A stretch of DNA of 64,000 bases. Source: Pseudomonadota bacterium (lineage in GTDB: Bacteria; Chloroflexota; UBA5177). A program made the position numbers and the translations under genes. Location of the stretch: contig JAJPIP010000062.1 in the NCBI GenBank assembly GCA_021324655.1, positions 38,987-102,986 of the forward strand, in the 5' to 3' direction. Position 1 is the first letter of the stretch; each line of letters opens with the position of its first letter. Shown here one piece after another: positions 19,574 through 30,183 of this stretch. The notes under the pieces are model-generated. The model was not told where the DNA came from and did not search any database. It saw only the letters and a program-made list of their open reading frames with translations.

Positions 19574-20593
19574 ATGACAGACGCCTGGCGGATTCGCCCC
19601 TTTGACCCCGGCGACTACGGCGCGATCGTGTCGGTCATGAATCTCGCTGCTCCCCGCAGCCCGACGACCGTGGCACGGGTCCGCGACTGGGACGAGAACC
19701 GGCCGGCGCGCCTCAAAGCGGGCCGGTGGGTGGTGGAGGCGAAGGACGCGATCGTGGCGGTTGGCGCGTTTTCCCAATCACCGGACCTGTACCACCCCCA
19801 GAAGTTCCAGATCGCAATTCACGTCCACCCCGCTCATCAGGGCCGCGGTATCGGGTCGTCGCTCTTCGACGTCGTCACCGGCCAACTGCAGCCGCACGAC
19901 CCGATCGGATACCAGGGTCGGGCCTACGCCGACGATGAGCGCGCTCTCCGGTTCCTGGTTCAGCGAGGGTTTCAGGAGGACTTTCGCACGTGGGAGTCGG
20001 TTCTGGATGTCGAGAGGTTCGACCCGTCTCCGTGGCAGGGACTCGAGGAGCAGCTACGGGCGCAGGGGATTCAGATCCGTTCGCTCGCCGAGATCGGTGA
20101 TGACCCGGGACGCGACAGACAGATCTTCGAGCTGGAGCGGGACACCATGCGCGACATCCCGTCTCCCCCGTCGGTCACGTCGCATCGGGAGGACCTGACA
20201 CCGGAGCAGATCGAGGAGCGTTTCGCTCGCTATGTGGAACGCGCCCTGCATCACCCCGACCGGCCGCCGGAGTCGTTTTTCGTGGCCAGGCGCGGCGGGG
20301 AATATATCGGGCTCTCCTATTTCGAACTCGATCGCGAACACCGTATCGCGGAGATATTGATGACGGGGGTGACGCGGGAGTACCGGGGACGCGGCGTCGG
20401 AACCGCTCTGAAGGTGCGGGGGGTCCGCTACGCCTGCGATCACGGCTACCGGACGATTATCACCGGCAACGACACGTTGAACCGGCCGATCCTGGCTATC
20501 AACGACAGGTTAGGGTTCGTCCGTCAGCCGCAGCTGATCTTCTTTGAGAAAAGTCTGGAGCGGCCGGTCGAGGCCACGACAGACAATGCTTGA
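19574..20593 (+). CDS. tandem GNAT N-acetyltransferase
   Basis: VHPAHQGRGIGS and TGVTREYRGRGVGTALK..N.PILAINDRLGF. Confidence 0.88.
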   Translation: MTDAWRIRPFDPGDYGAIVSVMNLAAPRSPTTVARVRDWDENRPARLKAGRWVVEAKDAIVAVGAFSQSPDLYHPQKFQIAIHVHPAHQGRGIGSSLFDVVTGQLQPHDPIGYQGRAYADDERALRFLVQRGFQEDFRTWESVLDVERFDPSPWQGLEEQLRAQGIQIRSLAEIGDDPGRDRQIFELERDTMRDIPSPPSVTSHREDLTPEQIEERFARYVERALHHPDRPPESFFVARRGGEYIGLSYFELDREHRIAEILMTGVTREYRGRGVGTALKVRGVRYACDHGYRTIITGNDTLNRPILAINDRLGFVRQPQLIFFEKSLERPVEATTDNA

Positions 20594-20821
20594 ACAAGCA
20601 CGGCTTCCGGTCGAGTAGGAATTATTTTCCGGGCTCTACGGGCACCGCTGCTACGAGCGCGGCCCAGCCGCGACAAACTAAGAACGCGCCCTACATCTCA
20701 GGTTCGTATTGCGGGATGCAGCAAACACGCGCAGGGACAAGCCACTGCGCCTACAGGTTGGGGGAGGGCATTGCCCCATTGTCACGGCTCGATCGAGTCC
20801 CGGTGCCCTCCCATATTGCCT

Positions 20822-21982
20822 TCATGCCGAAGCCACGTCCCGTGCCCCAAGCCACCCAGCCAACTCGTGCAGGGCGCCCTCGATCAGCACCCGAGCCCCA
20901 TCCGGCGCCTCCGGCTCGATAGACAGGGAATGCACGCGGAGGATTCGCTCTTTGCGGTCGAACTCCGGATCGACGCGGCCGATCAGGCGGTCGCCGTGGA
21001 GCGCCGGCAGGACGAAGTAGCCCCATTGCCGCTGGTCCCTGGGAACATACATCTCCAGCTTGTACTGGAAGCCGAAGAGGGCGTCCGTCCGGTCACGATC
21101 GTGAATCAGCCGGTCGAACGGCGAGAGCAGCGTGGTGCGCGCGGGCAGCGGGGTATCCATCGTGGCGAGGGCATCCGGGTCGGCGACCCAGTCGCCCGGC
21201 ACCCCCTCGATGGTGACCGGGACGGCGAGACCATCCGCCACGATGTCGGGACAGGCAAGTGTCTGGCGCGTGTAACTCACCACCTGGCCCTGCTCGACGA
21301 CGGCGCGCGACGCGATGCCGAGCGCTTGTAGCCGCTGCCTGACCAGCCGGCGATCGGCCTCCTCGTCGGGGAGGATCTCGGTCTCGGGGAACCAGCGCTC
21401 GGCGAGATCCCAGAGCCGCTGCGCTCCCTGGCGCCCCACGATAGCGATCTCGCCGCGGGCCGAGAGAAACGTCAGCATCTGCGAGACGTTGCGATTGCCG
21501 GTCCAGCCCTTCGATTCCCACGGTTCGACGGCACGATCCGCGAGATCGCGTGACAGGAGCGGTCCGCGCGCGCCCAACTCCGCCAGCACATACTGCCGGA
21601 ACGGCTCGTTCACCCGCAGCCAGTGTCCCACGCGCTCGGACGATTCGGCATGCTCGCGGCGCAAGCGCTCCATATGGGAGCGAATGGCGGGCAGGGTATC
21701 CGTGGGGTAAAGGAACGCCCGCCACTCGAAGAGCGCGCGGTCCTGCCAGAGCAGGTGATCGAGAGCCGCGGGGTCGTAGGTTCCCAGCCGGCTCCACAGC
21801 ACGAGCAGCTGGCTCCGCGCCACGCGATTGGTGGGATCAAGCTGCAGATAGCCCAGATGGCGCACCGTGTCGAGGACACCCGCCGCGGAGCCGTCGAGCA
21901 ACTGGGCACGGACGGCGATGCGCCGGGCCTGCTCGGCGGTCAGCGAGACCGGGTTAGATGACAGGGATGAGCCCGCGCCCAT
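20822..21982 (-). CDS. HTH_42 crosslink-repair DNA glycosylase, YcaQ-like
   Basis: LQLDP (QxD motif), LWSRLG, LLSPFDRLIHDRDR, YKLEMYVP..WGYFVLP. Confidence 0.88.
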   Translation of the reverse strand: MGAGSSLSSNPVSLTAEQARRIAVRAQLLDGSAAGVLDTVRHLGYLQLDPTNRVARSQLLVLWSRLGTYDPAALDHLLWQDRALFEWRAFLYPTDTLPAIRSHMERLRREHAESSERVGHWLRVNEPFRQYVLAELGARGPLLSRDLADRAVEPWESKGWTGNRNVSQMLTFLSARGEIAIVGRQGAQRLWDLAERWFPETEILPDEEADRRLVRQRLQALGIASRAVVEQGQVVSYTRQTLACPDIVADGLAVPVTIEGVPGDWVADPDALATMDTPLPARTTLLSPFDRLIHDRDRTDALFGFQYKLEMYVPRDQRQWGYFVLPALHGDRLIGRVDPEFDRKERILRVHSLSIEPEAPDGARVLIEGALHELAGWLGARDVASA

Positions 21983-22056
21983 GGGGTCATTGTACCGAGC
22001 GCTCGTCCTCGCGCCAGGGGCAGTTGGACACGCTGCGCCGTCTGGTGATTCTCTGG

Positions 22057-22479
22057 TCAGATACCCCGCGAACGCCGGCTCTCCTCAACGTTCTTGCCCG
22101 GCGGCGACACCAACCGAACATGCGGCAACTGCCAGTCATGGCGTGCCAGGTACAGGAAAGACCGGGTCGCGATCGCCACCAGCAAGAGGAGGATGATGGC
22201 GACCCCGATGAACTGGTCGGCGGTCGGATGCCCCCAGATGATGGCCGCCAGGAGGAACATCAGCGCGGCACCCCACGCTCCCCCCGCGATCCGGAGCGAG
22301 TAGTGCGGCTGATGCAACTGCTCGACCGGAGACGTGCCCCTCGTCAGGGGCTCGTCACCTTTCTCGAGCGCCCGCAGAAACGCCTCGGCCAGCTGATGGT
22401 CGACATCGGGCGAGAGCTCGCGGCCCGCGCCCAGGATGGCGACGAGCTCGTCACGGAGTTCCTCATGTCGGGATGTCAT
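22057..22479 (-). CDS. hypothetical membrane protein
   Basis: AGRELSPDVDHQLAEAFL followed by two TM helices; AGGAGG RBS. Confidence 0.7.
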   Translation of the reverse strand: MTSRHEELRDELVAILGAGRELSPDVDHQLAEAFLRALEKGDEPLTRGTSPVEQLHQPHYSLRIAGGAWGAALMFLLAAIIWGHPTADQFIGVAIILLLLVAIATRSFLYLARHDWQLPHVRLVSPPGKNVEESRRSRGI

Positions 22480-22663
22480 GGCCCACCTCCTACAGCAGAG
22501 GGTACTCCGATTCACTGAGGAGGTCCACTCCACCCGCGACGTCTCAATCGCGGCGGCTCCGCCCCGGATCGCCCCGAGACGTAACGCGCGTGTAACGCGG
22601 GCTTTCGTACTATGCGGGCATTCAAAGGAAAGCAGCATTCAGAGCCGGGAGCAGGAGTTTCGT

Positions 22664-24565
22664 ATGGGCAAGATCGCACTAGGTCCTATCCTCGGCCTTC
22701 TCCTCGTCCTCGCCTCCCCGGCTGTCGCGCCTGCCTCGAGCGCGGCCGGTGCACCCGGCACCACCAGGGTCTTGTTCGCCAGAGGATGGGTGCGGGCCCC
22801 GAAACCGCATGGCGCGGTTGAGATCGTTGGGGCCGCGTCCCGCTTACTCGCCTTTGCCCCGGAAAGCTGCCGCAGTGGAGTGAGTGCTTGCCTCTGGGTT
22901 TCCCGTAACGGACAGGCATGGAATCGCGTGATACTGAGATCACCTGCTTTCCGTTCGGGAGACAACATCACCGGGGTCTCCGGTGCCGGTGGACATTTCC
23001 TCCTGATCGGATGGCGGCGCGGCCCGCGCATGGCCGCTCAGTCGTGCCCCGGAATGTCACGGCTGGTCAATCCACCGACACACTATCAGTCCCTGGCCTG
23101 GGTCTCGACAAATGGCAGTACATGGCAACGCGCCTCGATCGCCGTGCCGGTTGCGTATGCCGCCGCGGGTGGGGACGGCCTCATCGCCCTGGTGGGACCA
23201 CGAGGCCTTCCGGTGGAGATTCAGAGTCCGACGTGCCCGGTTGGCGTGTGGACCTCGCATGATGGGGTGAGTTGGCGGCAGCTCCCGGGTGCGGCACGGC
23301 CGTTCGCTCTGGGTGCTGTGACATCGCTCACCCGGGGCGGCCCTGGATTGGTGGCTGGAGGTATCGTCAGCAAGGGGCCGGGACATCCCGCGTCTCGGGC
23401 CGCGATCTGGACCTCGCGCGACGGCCGCCGCTGGACCGAGGTACCGAATGATCATCAGGTATTCGGCGCGTTTGGTGGCCCGATGTCTGTCTCGTCAGTC
23501 CGTGTGGTGGCGGGCAGCCATGGCCTTCTGGCGCTCGGCACGGGCCTCGATTCGCTCGGCAATCCCGTATTCGCCTGGGCCTCGCGCGACGGCACACACT
23601 GGCGTCGCGCGGTCACCACCCCTTTCAACGTCGGTGATGTTCTCGAGGGCCGCATTGTCGGCTCACAAGCCGGCTTTGTCGGATTCGACGATGAGGGCGG
23701 CGAGGCGGTGGTTTGGTCATCATCTGATGGGCTGACCTGGACCCGGGTGGGAAGTGATGAGCTTTTCGGCGGGACGGCACGCGTGACGGGAGCGGCCGCT
23801 TTCCGTGACGGCGTGGCGGCCGTCGGCAGCTTCGCCGTCCACCCCCAGCCGGCCTGCCTGGGACCAGGAGCCGCGCGAGGGTTCGACCTGCGCCGGTTCG
23901 CCGATGCGACATTCCTCTGGAGCCAGGGACAGAGTCGGGCGGCACCGCCGCCACGGATCGATCAATCCGACCCCAGAATCCTCAAGCTGCTTCCCCAGGA
24001 TCTCCCGTCCAGCCTGCGTCCGAGTCAGGGCTCCTATCGGGGTGCATACGTCAACCTGTGCGCCGACGACCCCGCACTGGGGCGACATCGTGCCTATCTC
24101 CTCATGTTTGGTCAGGGCTTGCGGGGACTGGCCCTGAGCGCCGATACCGAAAGCGGATCCGCCCCCGCCGCAGACGCGTTCCAACACGCCTCTCAGTTGG
24201 TTGCTGCGCTCGGATCGCTGACTGCTGAGGAGACGGTCACCGACACCATCCTCAGCATGCGAGAGGTCCCGGTTCCTCTCCGCATTGGACAGGAAACGCG
24301 GCTCTTCACGCTGAAGGTTAAGGAACAGATCTGCGATGCCGCGGAGGGTGCTGTGAGCGTCCTCCAATGCGGCTCGATCCGCTATACCACCTCGGTCGTC
24401 GTGTGGCGGCAGGCACGGGTGATCGGCGTGGTCGCCAGCGGTCCCGTCAAGGCTCCATGTTCACCGGGATCACGTTCACGGTGCGTGGTGGGAGGGCAGA
24501 ATCTCGCCCTCCGCCTGGCACAGCGCCAGCTGGCTCATTTACGACATCCATCCCTCCCCGGATAG
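22664..24565 (+). CDS. secreted protein with six WxSx(D/N)GxxW (Asp-box-like) repeats
   Basis: Signal peptide MGKIALGPILGLLLVLASPAVA; repeats WVSRNGQAW, WVSTNGSTW, WTSHDGVSW, WTSRDGRRW, WASRDGTHW, WSSSDGLTW; AGGAG RBS. Confidence 0.75.
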   Translation: MGKIALGPILGLLLVLASPAVAPASSAAGAPGTTRVLFARGWVRAPKPHGAVEIVGAASRLLAFAPESCRSGVSACLWVSRNGQAWNRVILRSPAFRSGDNITGVSGAGGHFLLIGWRRGPRMAAQSCPGMSRLVNPPTHYQSLAWVSTNGSTWQRASIAVPVAYAAAGGDGLIALVGPRGLPVEIQSPTCPVGVWTSHDGVSWRQLPGAARPFALGAVTSLTRGGPGLVAGGIVSKGPGHPASRAAIWTSRDGRRWTEVPNDHQVFGAFGGPMSVSSVRVVAGSHGLLALGTGLDSLGNPVFAWASRDGTHWRRAVTTPFNVGDVLEGRIVGSQAGFVGFDDEGGEAVVWSSSDGLTWTRVGSDELFGGTARVTGAAAFRDGVAAVGSFAVHPQPACLGPGAARGFDLRRFADATFLWSQGQSRAAPPPRIDQSDPRILKLLPQDLPSSLRPSQGSYRGAYVNLCADDPALGRHRAYLLMFGQGLRGLALSADTESGSAPAADAFQHASQLVAALGSLTAEETVTDTILSMREVPVPLRIGQETRLFTLKVKEQICDAAEGAVSVLQCGSIRYTTSVVVWRQARVIGVVASGPVKAPCSPGSRSRCVVGGQNLALRLAQRQLAHLRHPSLPG

Positions 24566-25088
24566 GTACGGGCGGCGCCTTCCCAACGTCGCCCTGCGGT
24601 CGTCGTGGTGTCCACCGTGGTGAAGCGGCCGCGGTCCCTCCAACTCCGGCGACGGGCCGCCCACCAGCGCGGACCGACGTCCCAGGCGACGGTATTGGGC
24701 ACCGTCCCCTGGCGGGCCGGCATGGGCGCCTACGAGGCATCGGCGTCGGTCGCGGCAGCCAGGGAAAGGATGGCATGACGCGCCTGGGAGGATGCGTTCT
24801 TCAAATGCTCGGGCGAGCCACCGAGGGGATCGGTGGGGAACGCCCGGCTTAGGCGTGTCGGGGCTGTGATGTGATCAGTATCGCGGCGGTCATTCTGTGA
24901 CGCAGGACACCGCGTCGCCGAGTCTTTCGACTCTGTTGGCGGCCGTCGTATTCCCCTTAGCGTGGAGAGGAGAGGACACCCATGGACCCTATAATGCTGG
25001 ACCTCAGGGGATGAGATCCGGGCGTCACGGACATCCTGTGAGTCAGCCGCGCGAAGGCGGTAGCGAGCACGAGGGAAGGGATTGAACA

Positions 25089-26141
25089 ATGATGGCTCGT
25101 CATGTATGGATAGCGCTCCTCACACTCTGTGCGACCTTGTGGTTCGCCAGTTTCCAGGCGTCGGCCTCGAATAAGTCGGGACCACATCATGGGAAACCGA
25201 CGCCGACGGCAACGGTGAAACCCACGGCCACGGCGACCGCGAAACCAACAAGCACGGCAACGGCCACTGCGACGGCGTCGGCCACCCCGACGAGTACGGC
25301 CACCTCCGGCAGTATCAAGACCGTCTTCCTCATCCTGATGGAGAATCACAACTGGTCGTCGATCAGCGGTGCGTCCGACGCACCCTACATCAACAGCCTG
25401 GTGACCGGCGCCAATAACGCGCAGACGTCGTACGCCACGCAGTACTACAACCCGCCCAACAACCACCCCAGCCTGCCCAACTACCTCTGGCTGGAAGGCG
25501 GGCAGTGCTACAGCTACTGCGGCACGGACAATAATCCCGGGGCGCTCATCACCTCGGCACACCTGACCACCCTGCTCACCAACGCCGGGATCTCCTGGAA
25601 AGCGTACGAGGAGGGGACCACCGACGGGACCTGTCCCACCGCCAACTCGGGTGAGTATGCCGTGCGACATGATCCCTACATGTACTTCCAGGACGTCGCC
25701 GGCAACACGAGCGTCTGCACCTCCCACGTCCGCAGTTACGGCGATCTCTCCACCGATCTGGCCAACAACACGGTGGCGCGCTACAACTTCATCACTCCGA
25801 ACCTCTGCGACGACATGCACGACTCGTGCTCGCCCACCAACGATCCCGTGAAGCAGGGGGACACGTGGCTGAGCAACCAGATCCCGATGATCGAAAACTC
25901 CCAGGCCTACAAGAACGGCGGGGCTATCTTCATCACGTGGGATGAAGCCGCCAGTGGGGATGGTCCCATCGGCATGATCGTCCTCTCCCCGCTGGCCAGG
26001 GGGCACGGCTACAACAACGCGATCCACTACACCCATAGCTCGACGCTGCGGACCATGGAGGAGATCTTCCACGTCAGTCCGATGCTGGGTGATGCACAGA
26101 ACGCCACGGATCTGAGCGGCCTGTTCGCCACTTTCCCGTGA
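25089..26141 (+). CDS. secreted phosphoesterase (acid phosphatase/phospholipase C family)
   Basis: Signal peptide, T/A/P linker, FLILMENH, HPSLPNYL, RHDP, PNLCDDMHD, ITWDE, HSSTLRTME. Confidence 0.88.
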   Translation: MMARHVWIALLTLCATLWFASFQASASNKSGPHHGKPTPTATVKPTATATAKPTSTATATATASATPTSTATSGSIKTVFLILMENHNWSSISGASDAPYINSLVTGANNAQTSYATQYYNPPNNHPSLPNYLWLEGGQCYSYCGTDNNPGALITSAHLTTLLTNAGISWKAYEEGTTDGTCPTANSGEYAVRHDPYMYFQDVAGNTSVCTSHVRSYGDLSTDLANNTVARYNFITPNLCDDMHDSCSPTNDPVKQGDTWLSNQIPMIENSQAYKNGGAIFITWDEAASGDGPIGMIVLSPLARGHGYNNAIHYTHSSTLRTMEEIFHVSPMLGDAQNATDLSGLFATFP

Positions 26142-26163
26142 CAGCGGATACGGTGCGGTCGAC

Positions 26164-29100
26164 CTAGCGCGGCCTCAGATCGCCGTTTGACGCTTCCGGG
26201 CCACGCGGCCACATCGCGGAAATAGATCGCAGGCCGCACTCGGCGCGCCGGGCATATCCCGACGCGCCGAGGCGCTGCGCCCCGGCGAGAGCCAGCGCGA
26301 GCTGTCCCCTGGCCGCGTCTATCTCCTCCCATCCCAGGAGCACGCGCCCGTACTCGCAGCGGGCCCGCACCTCCTCATAAGGAAGGCGCAGATCGCAGGC
26401 ACAGGCGATCGCCTCCTCGAAGGCGGCGCGCGCCTCTCCCCGCTGCCCCAGGCCGGCCAGCACCAGCGCGTGAACCCACAGCGCCTTGATCTGTCTCACG
26501 GGGTGGCCATCTCTCTGGGTGTCCTGCACGTGGCGGACCAACGCCACTTCAGCCCGCACAAAGTCCCCACGCAAAACATGCGCCCATGCCTCCTCACGAC
26601 AGGAATAGGACAGGTTCTCCAGATGCTCCAACGCCGTGTCGGGTAATCCCTGCTGCAGCGCGATGTCAGCGAGGACGATCGCAGTGAAGCTCAGGACGTC
26701 GCCGTTCCCATTCAGGCGGCCGATGGCAATCGCCTCCCGCGCTAATTGGGTACCGAGGTGGTGATCACCCTCGCCGGCGGCCAGGAGGGCGCGAATCATG
26801 ATGGGATAGGCGGCATGATAGGTCGCTCCGACGGCGCGCGCGAAGGCGACACCGCGGTCCAGGTGGACACGGGCTGCCGGCCAGTCGCCCGCGTCGACAT
26901 AGCTCTGACCGAGGATCCCCAGGATGAAGGCGGCGCCATCGACATCGCCCACTCGCTCGGCCAGGGTCAGGGCGCGCTCGAGTGGGTGCCGGGCCAGGCG
27001 TGGGTCTCTCTCGACCATACGCCGATAGATGCCGCTATGGACCAGAGCAGTGGCCAGCTCACGCTCGTGCCCGCCCTCCTCCGCGATGCGGATGGCCTCG
27101 TCCATGAGCTGCCATCCACGCTCGTAGTCCCGCGCATCCAGCAGGGCACGAGCGTAGGCGGTCAGCGTTTCAGCATGGAGGCGGGTGTTCTCCGTCTGTC
27201 CCGCCAATTCGGCCGCCCGCCGCGCCAGGGGTAGGATTTCTCTGCGTTCGCCACGCGTGAACTTCAGCCAGGCCAGGGTCGAGAGGAGGAAGGACGCTGC
27301 ATCCGGATACGCTACCTCGTCGATCACCCGCAGGGTCGCCTCGACCCGCTCGACCCCGGCCTCGGGGCGCGCTCGGTAGCCGTGCAAACGACCGATATGA
27401 CCGGCCGCGCGTGCTACTGCCGGCATATCACTCTCGATCTGATAGATGGATTCCGCCTCCTCTAGGACGGTAATTGCCTCGTCATGGCGCGAGAGCGTGG
27501 TGAGCACCTCGGCCAAGCGCTCGCGAACCGGCGCCGCCTCTCTCGCCCGGCCCTCACCGTCGAGGAGCCGGAGAAGATCACGGTAGTACTGCTCGGCCGT
27601 CTCGTTGGCATGCATGGCCGCCGCTCGGTCACCGGCACGGCGGAGAAAGAGGATGGCCTGAGAAACATTGTTCGCCTGGAGGTGGTGGTGGGCCAGAGCC
27701 TCCACGTCATCCGGGTGCACGACCTCGATGGCACCGGCCAGCGAGGCGTGGAGATGGAGACGACGCTGCCTTGAGAGCCGCGTGTAGAGCGCTTCCCGCA
27801 TCAAGGGATGGCGAAAGACATATCCCTCACCCTCCTCCTCCAGAAGACGGGCCTCCTGCGCCTCATCCAGCGCGTCGAGGATCTCAGCATGCGACATCGG
27901 CCCGAACGCCTGCCGCGCCGCGGCGGCCAGAGCGGCGAAGGAGGATTCCATCCCGGCGGTCGCCGCCAACGCCAGAATGTTCCGCGTCGCGGTCCCCATA
28001 CCGGCCACGCGTGCCTCGATCAGGGCCCGGACATGCGGCGGCACCGCGTCGCGATGTGTCGGCAGGCGCTGCCAGTGTCCTTCGGTCAGCGTCAGCTGCC
28101 CTTCCTCCTGCAGCGTCCGCACCAGCTGCTCCGCGAAGAGGGGATTGCCCAGGGACAGACCGTAGACGTAGGCCAGGAGCGTGGGATCTACCGATCCGCC
28201 GGGGAGGAACCGCCGAACCAACTCCTCGCAGTCGGTCCGGGCCAGACGTCCCAGGTCAAGACGGCGGCTGAAGTCGTCTCGACTCACGTCGGCTGAGAAG
28301 CGCTGCAGCGGCGAGCCGGGTCGGACGTCTTCCTCACGATAGGTGGCGACCAGCAGCCAGCGCCGGTCACGCGCGAGGCGGGCGAGGTGGTGAAGAAGCT
28401 GAAGAGTTTCCTCGCCGGCCGCGTGCAAGTCTTCGATCACAATCAGGATGAGCTGCCGCTCCGCCAGGTCGTCCAGCGCTCGCACGACAGAGGCAAACAA
28501 GCGTCCCCGTCCCTCAGACCTCGGGCCGCTCTGACTGGGCTGGTCAGACAGCGAGGGCACGAGCTGGAGGAGGTCGGGGCAGACACCGAGAATACGCCGC
28601 TGCTCCTCTCCCGCGACGGCAGATAGGTAGCCCTCGAGAGCCTCGGCGAACGGACCGTACGGAAGGACGCGCTCCTGCTCGTAGTTGATGCCCCACAGGA
28701 TTGCCATTCCCCGCCGGAAACAGAGACGTGCCAACTCCGCCACCAACCGGCTCTTTCCCACGCCCCCTTCTCCCGCCACCAGAACCAACCCACCACGCCC
28801 CTCTGACGCTCTCTCCGCACCGGAGGTCAGGAGATTGAGCGCCCGCTCCCGACCCAGCAACGGCGCGTCACCCGCGGCGCGCCTGACCGGAGCGGGCAGA
28901 GAGAGAGGTTCCCGTGGCTGCTCTACCGGCCGTTCGCCGGAGCCGGCACGCGTCAGAATGTCACGGTACAGCGCCTGCGTCTCCGCATCCGGCTCGATGT
29001 CTAGTTCGTCACGCAGGGCCCGGCAGCACGCCTCGTACTGACGGAGCGCGAGGTGACGCTGCCCGTCGAGGATGTAGAGGCGCATGAGGCGGCGGTGGAC

Positions 29101-29724
29101 CTCCTCGGCCGCCGGATCCACCTCCAGCACCATCTGGAGCCGGTGGGCAGCGCGAGCGTACTCACCCTCCCTGTGCAACGCATCGGCCAGAGCCAGCAGA
29201 AGACGTCGGTATACAGCTCCCAACGTCTCCCGGCGCGGCTCGGCCCAATCGGCGTAGAGATCCTCAGGGAGAAGGGTGCCCCCGTAGAGCGCGACGGCGG
29301 CCCGCAGCCGGGGAATGTCCCCCGCCGGAGCCTGCAACGCCATGTGCTCGAAATGATCGGCGTCGATCCAGACCCGTCGGTGATCAAGCGCGACCACGTC
29401 ACGATCGGCCCGCAGATACAACGAGTCTTTGCCGTCACGGAGTCTGGGCTCCAGGGCGTGGCGGGCCATGTGCACCATCTTGTTGAGGCGCGGCCCGGTC
29501 CCGCGGAGCGGCACGTCGGGCCAGAGATACTCCTCTAATTGCTCCCGATGGAGCGTATGGCCCGGCGCGACTGCCAGCATCTTGACAAGGGTGCGTGCCG
29601 TCGGCCGCTGCCAGGCAGTCGTGGGAACGGCGGCACCGCAGGACTCGGCGCGGAAACCGCCGAGCAGATAGAGGCGCAACTCCGGCGTCTCATCGTATGC
29701 GGCCGCAGGTTCTTCTCCGTCCAT
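26164..29724 (-). CDS. SARP/BTAD + AAA ATPase + TPR transcriptional regulator
   Basis: LYLLGGF, LWPD, ALRQYEAC..ELDIEPD (BTAD); GEGGVGKS Walker A; IEDLH; GNPLF; FRHPLMRE. Confidence 0.9.
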   Translation of the reverse strand: MDGEEPAAAYDETPELRLYLLGGFRAESCGAAVPTTAWQRPTARTLVKMLAVAPGHTLHREQLEEYLWPDVPLRGTGPRLNKMVHMARHALEPRLRDGKDSLYLRADRDVVALDHRRVWIDADHFEHMALQAPAGDIPRLRAAVALYGGTLLPEDLYADWAEPRRETLGAVYRRLLLALADALHREGEYARAAHRLQMVLEVDPAAEEVHRRLMRLYILDGQRHLALRQYEACCRALRDELDIEPDAETQALYRDILTRAGSGERPVEQPREPLSLPAPVRRAAGDAPLLGRERALNLLTSGAERASEGRGGLVLVAGEGGVGKSRLVAELARLCFRRGMAILWGINYEQERVLPYGPFAEALEGYLSAVAGEEQRRILGVCPDLLQLVPSLSDQPSQSGPRSEGRGRLFASVVRALDDLAERQLILIVIEDLHAAGEETLQLLHHLARLARDRRWLLVATYREEDVRPGSPLQRFSADVSRDDFSRRLDLGRLARTDCEELVRRFLPGGSVDPTLLAYVYGLSLGNPLFAEQLVRTLQEEGQLTLTEGHWQRLPTHRDAVPPHVRALIEARVAGMGTATRNILALAATAGMESSFAALAAAARQAFGPMSHAEILDALDEAQEARLLEEEGEGYVFRHPLMREALYTRLSRQRRLHLHASLAGAIEVVHPDDVEALAHHHLQANNVSQAILFLRRAGDRAAAMHANETAEQYYRDLLRLLDGEGRAREAAPVRERLAEVLTTLSRHDEAITVLEEAESIYQIESDMPAVARAAGHIGRLHGYRARPEAGVERVEATLRVIDEVAYPDAASFLLSTLAWLKFTRGERREILPLARRAAELAGQTENTRLHAETLTAYARALLDARDYERGWQLMDEAIRIAEEGGHERELATALVHSGIYRRMVERDPRLARHPLERALTLAERVGDVDGAAFILGILGQSYVDAGDWPAARVHLDRGVAFARAVGATYHAAYPIMIRALLAAGEGDHHLGTQLAREAIAIGRLNGNGDVLSFTAIVLADIALQQGLPDTALEHLENLSYSCREEAWAHVLRGDFVRAEVALVRHVQDTQRDGHPVRQIKALWVHALVLAGLGQRGEARAAFEEAIACACDLRLPYEEVRARCEYGRVLLGWEEIDAARGQLALALAGAQRLGASGYARRAECGLRSISAMWPRGPEASNGDLRPR

Positions 29725-29844
29725 GGCGCGATTGTGGCGCAATTGTACACGTATCCGACACGGTCCGCCTGTCGCGTTGCGTGTGGCGCGGGGGGAATGG
29801 GTGGGAACGATCCGGGAATGGATGCTCGGTACCATCGCCTCACG

Positions 29845-30183
29845 ATGAACGAGGAAACCTGGCGCGTGATGGTGGACGGAGGCGGCGAGACATGGCCGAC
29901 GCTTTCCGACCTCGTCAGTCGCCGCCTCGCCGAGTTGAGCCCGGGAGACATTCTGCACGTCATCTCGGAGGAGCCCACCGTCCACCCGGATATCGCCCGC
30001 TGGTGTCTGGCTACCGGCCACGATCTGTTACTGGTGCGACACGACGCGGATGGAACGCGCTTCTGGATCAGAAAGGGGGGATGGAAGGATCACCGGCTGA
30101 AGGACGCATCGATTCCGGCGACGCAAAACCGGACAGAGAGAACTTTTTTGGAGCCGCATCACCAAGGAGTATGCGATGAGTGA
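29845..30183 (+). CDS. TusA/SirA-like protein lacking the CP cysteine
   Basis: VDGGGETWP..LAELSPGDILHVISEEP..DIARWC..GH.LL..FWIRK follows the TusA pattern; start codon uncertain. Confidence 0.65.
   Translation: MNEETWRVMVDGGGETWPTLSDLVSRRLAELSPGDILHVISEEPTVHPDIARWCLATGHDLLLVRHDADGTRFWIRKGGWKDHRLKDASIPATQNRTERTFLEPHHQGVCDE

Noticed and set aside
20594-20821. Possible ORF or ncRNA between the GNAT and YcaQ-like genes
   Set aside because: No RBS, motif or convincing structure
24566-25088. About 520-nt gap with short ORFs
   Set aside because: No recognisable protein motif, RNA motif or repeat that I can support
25190-25310. Repetitive ACGGC(A/C/G) tract
   Set aside because: Encodes the Thr/Ala/Pro linker of the phosphoesterase; not a CRISPR array or non-coding repeat
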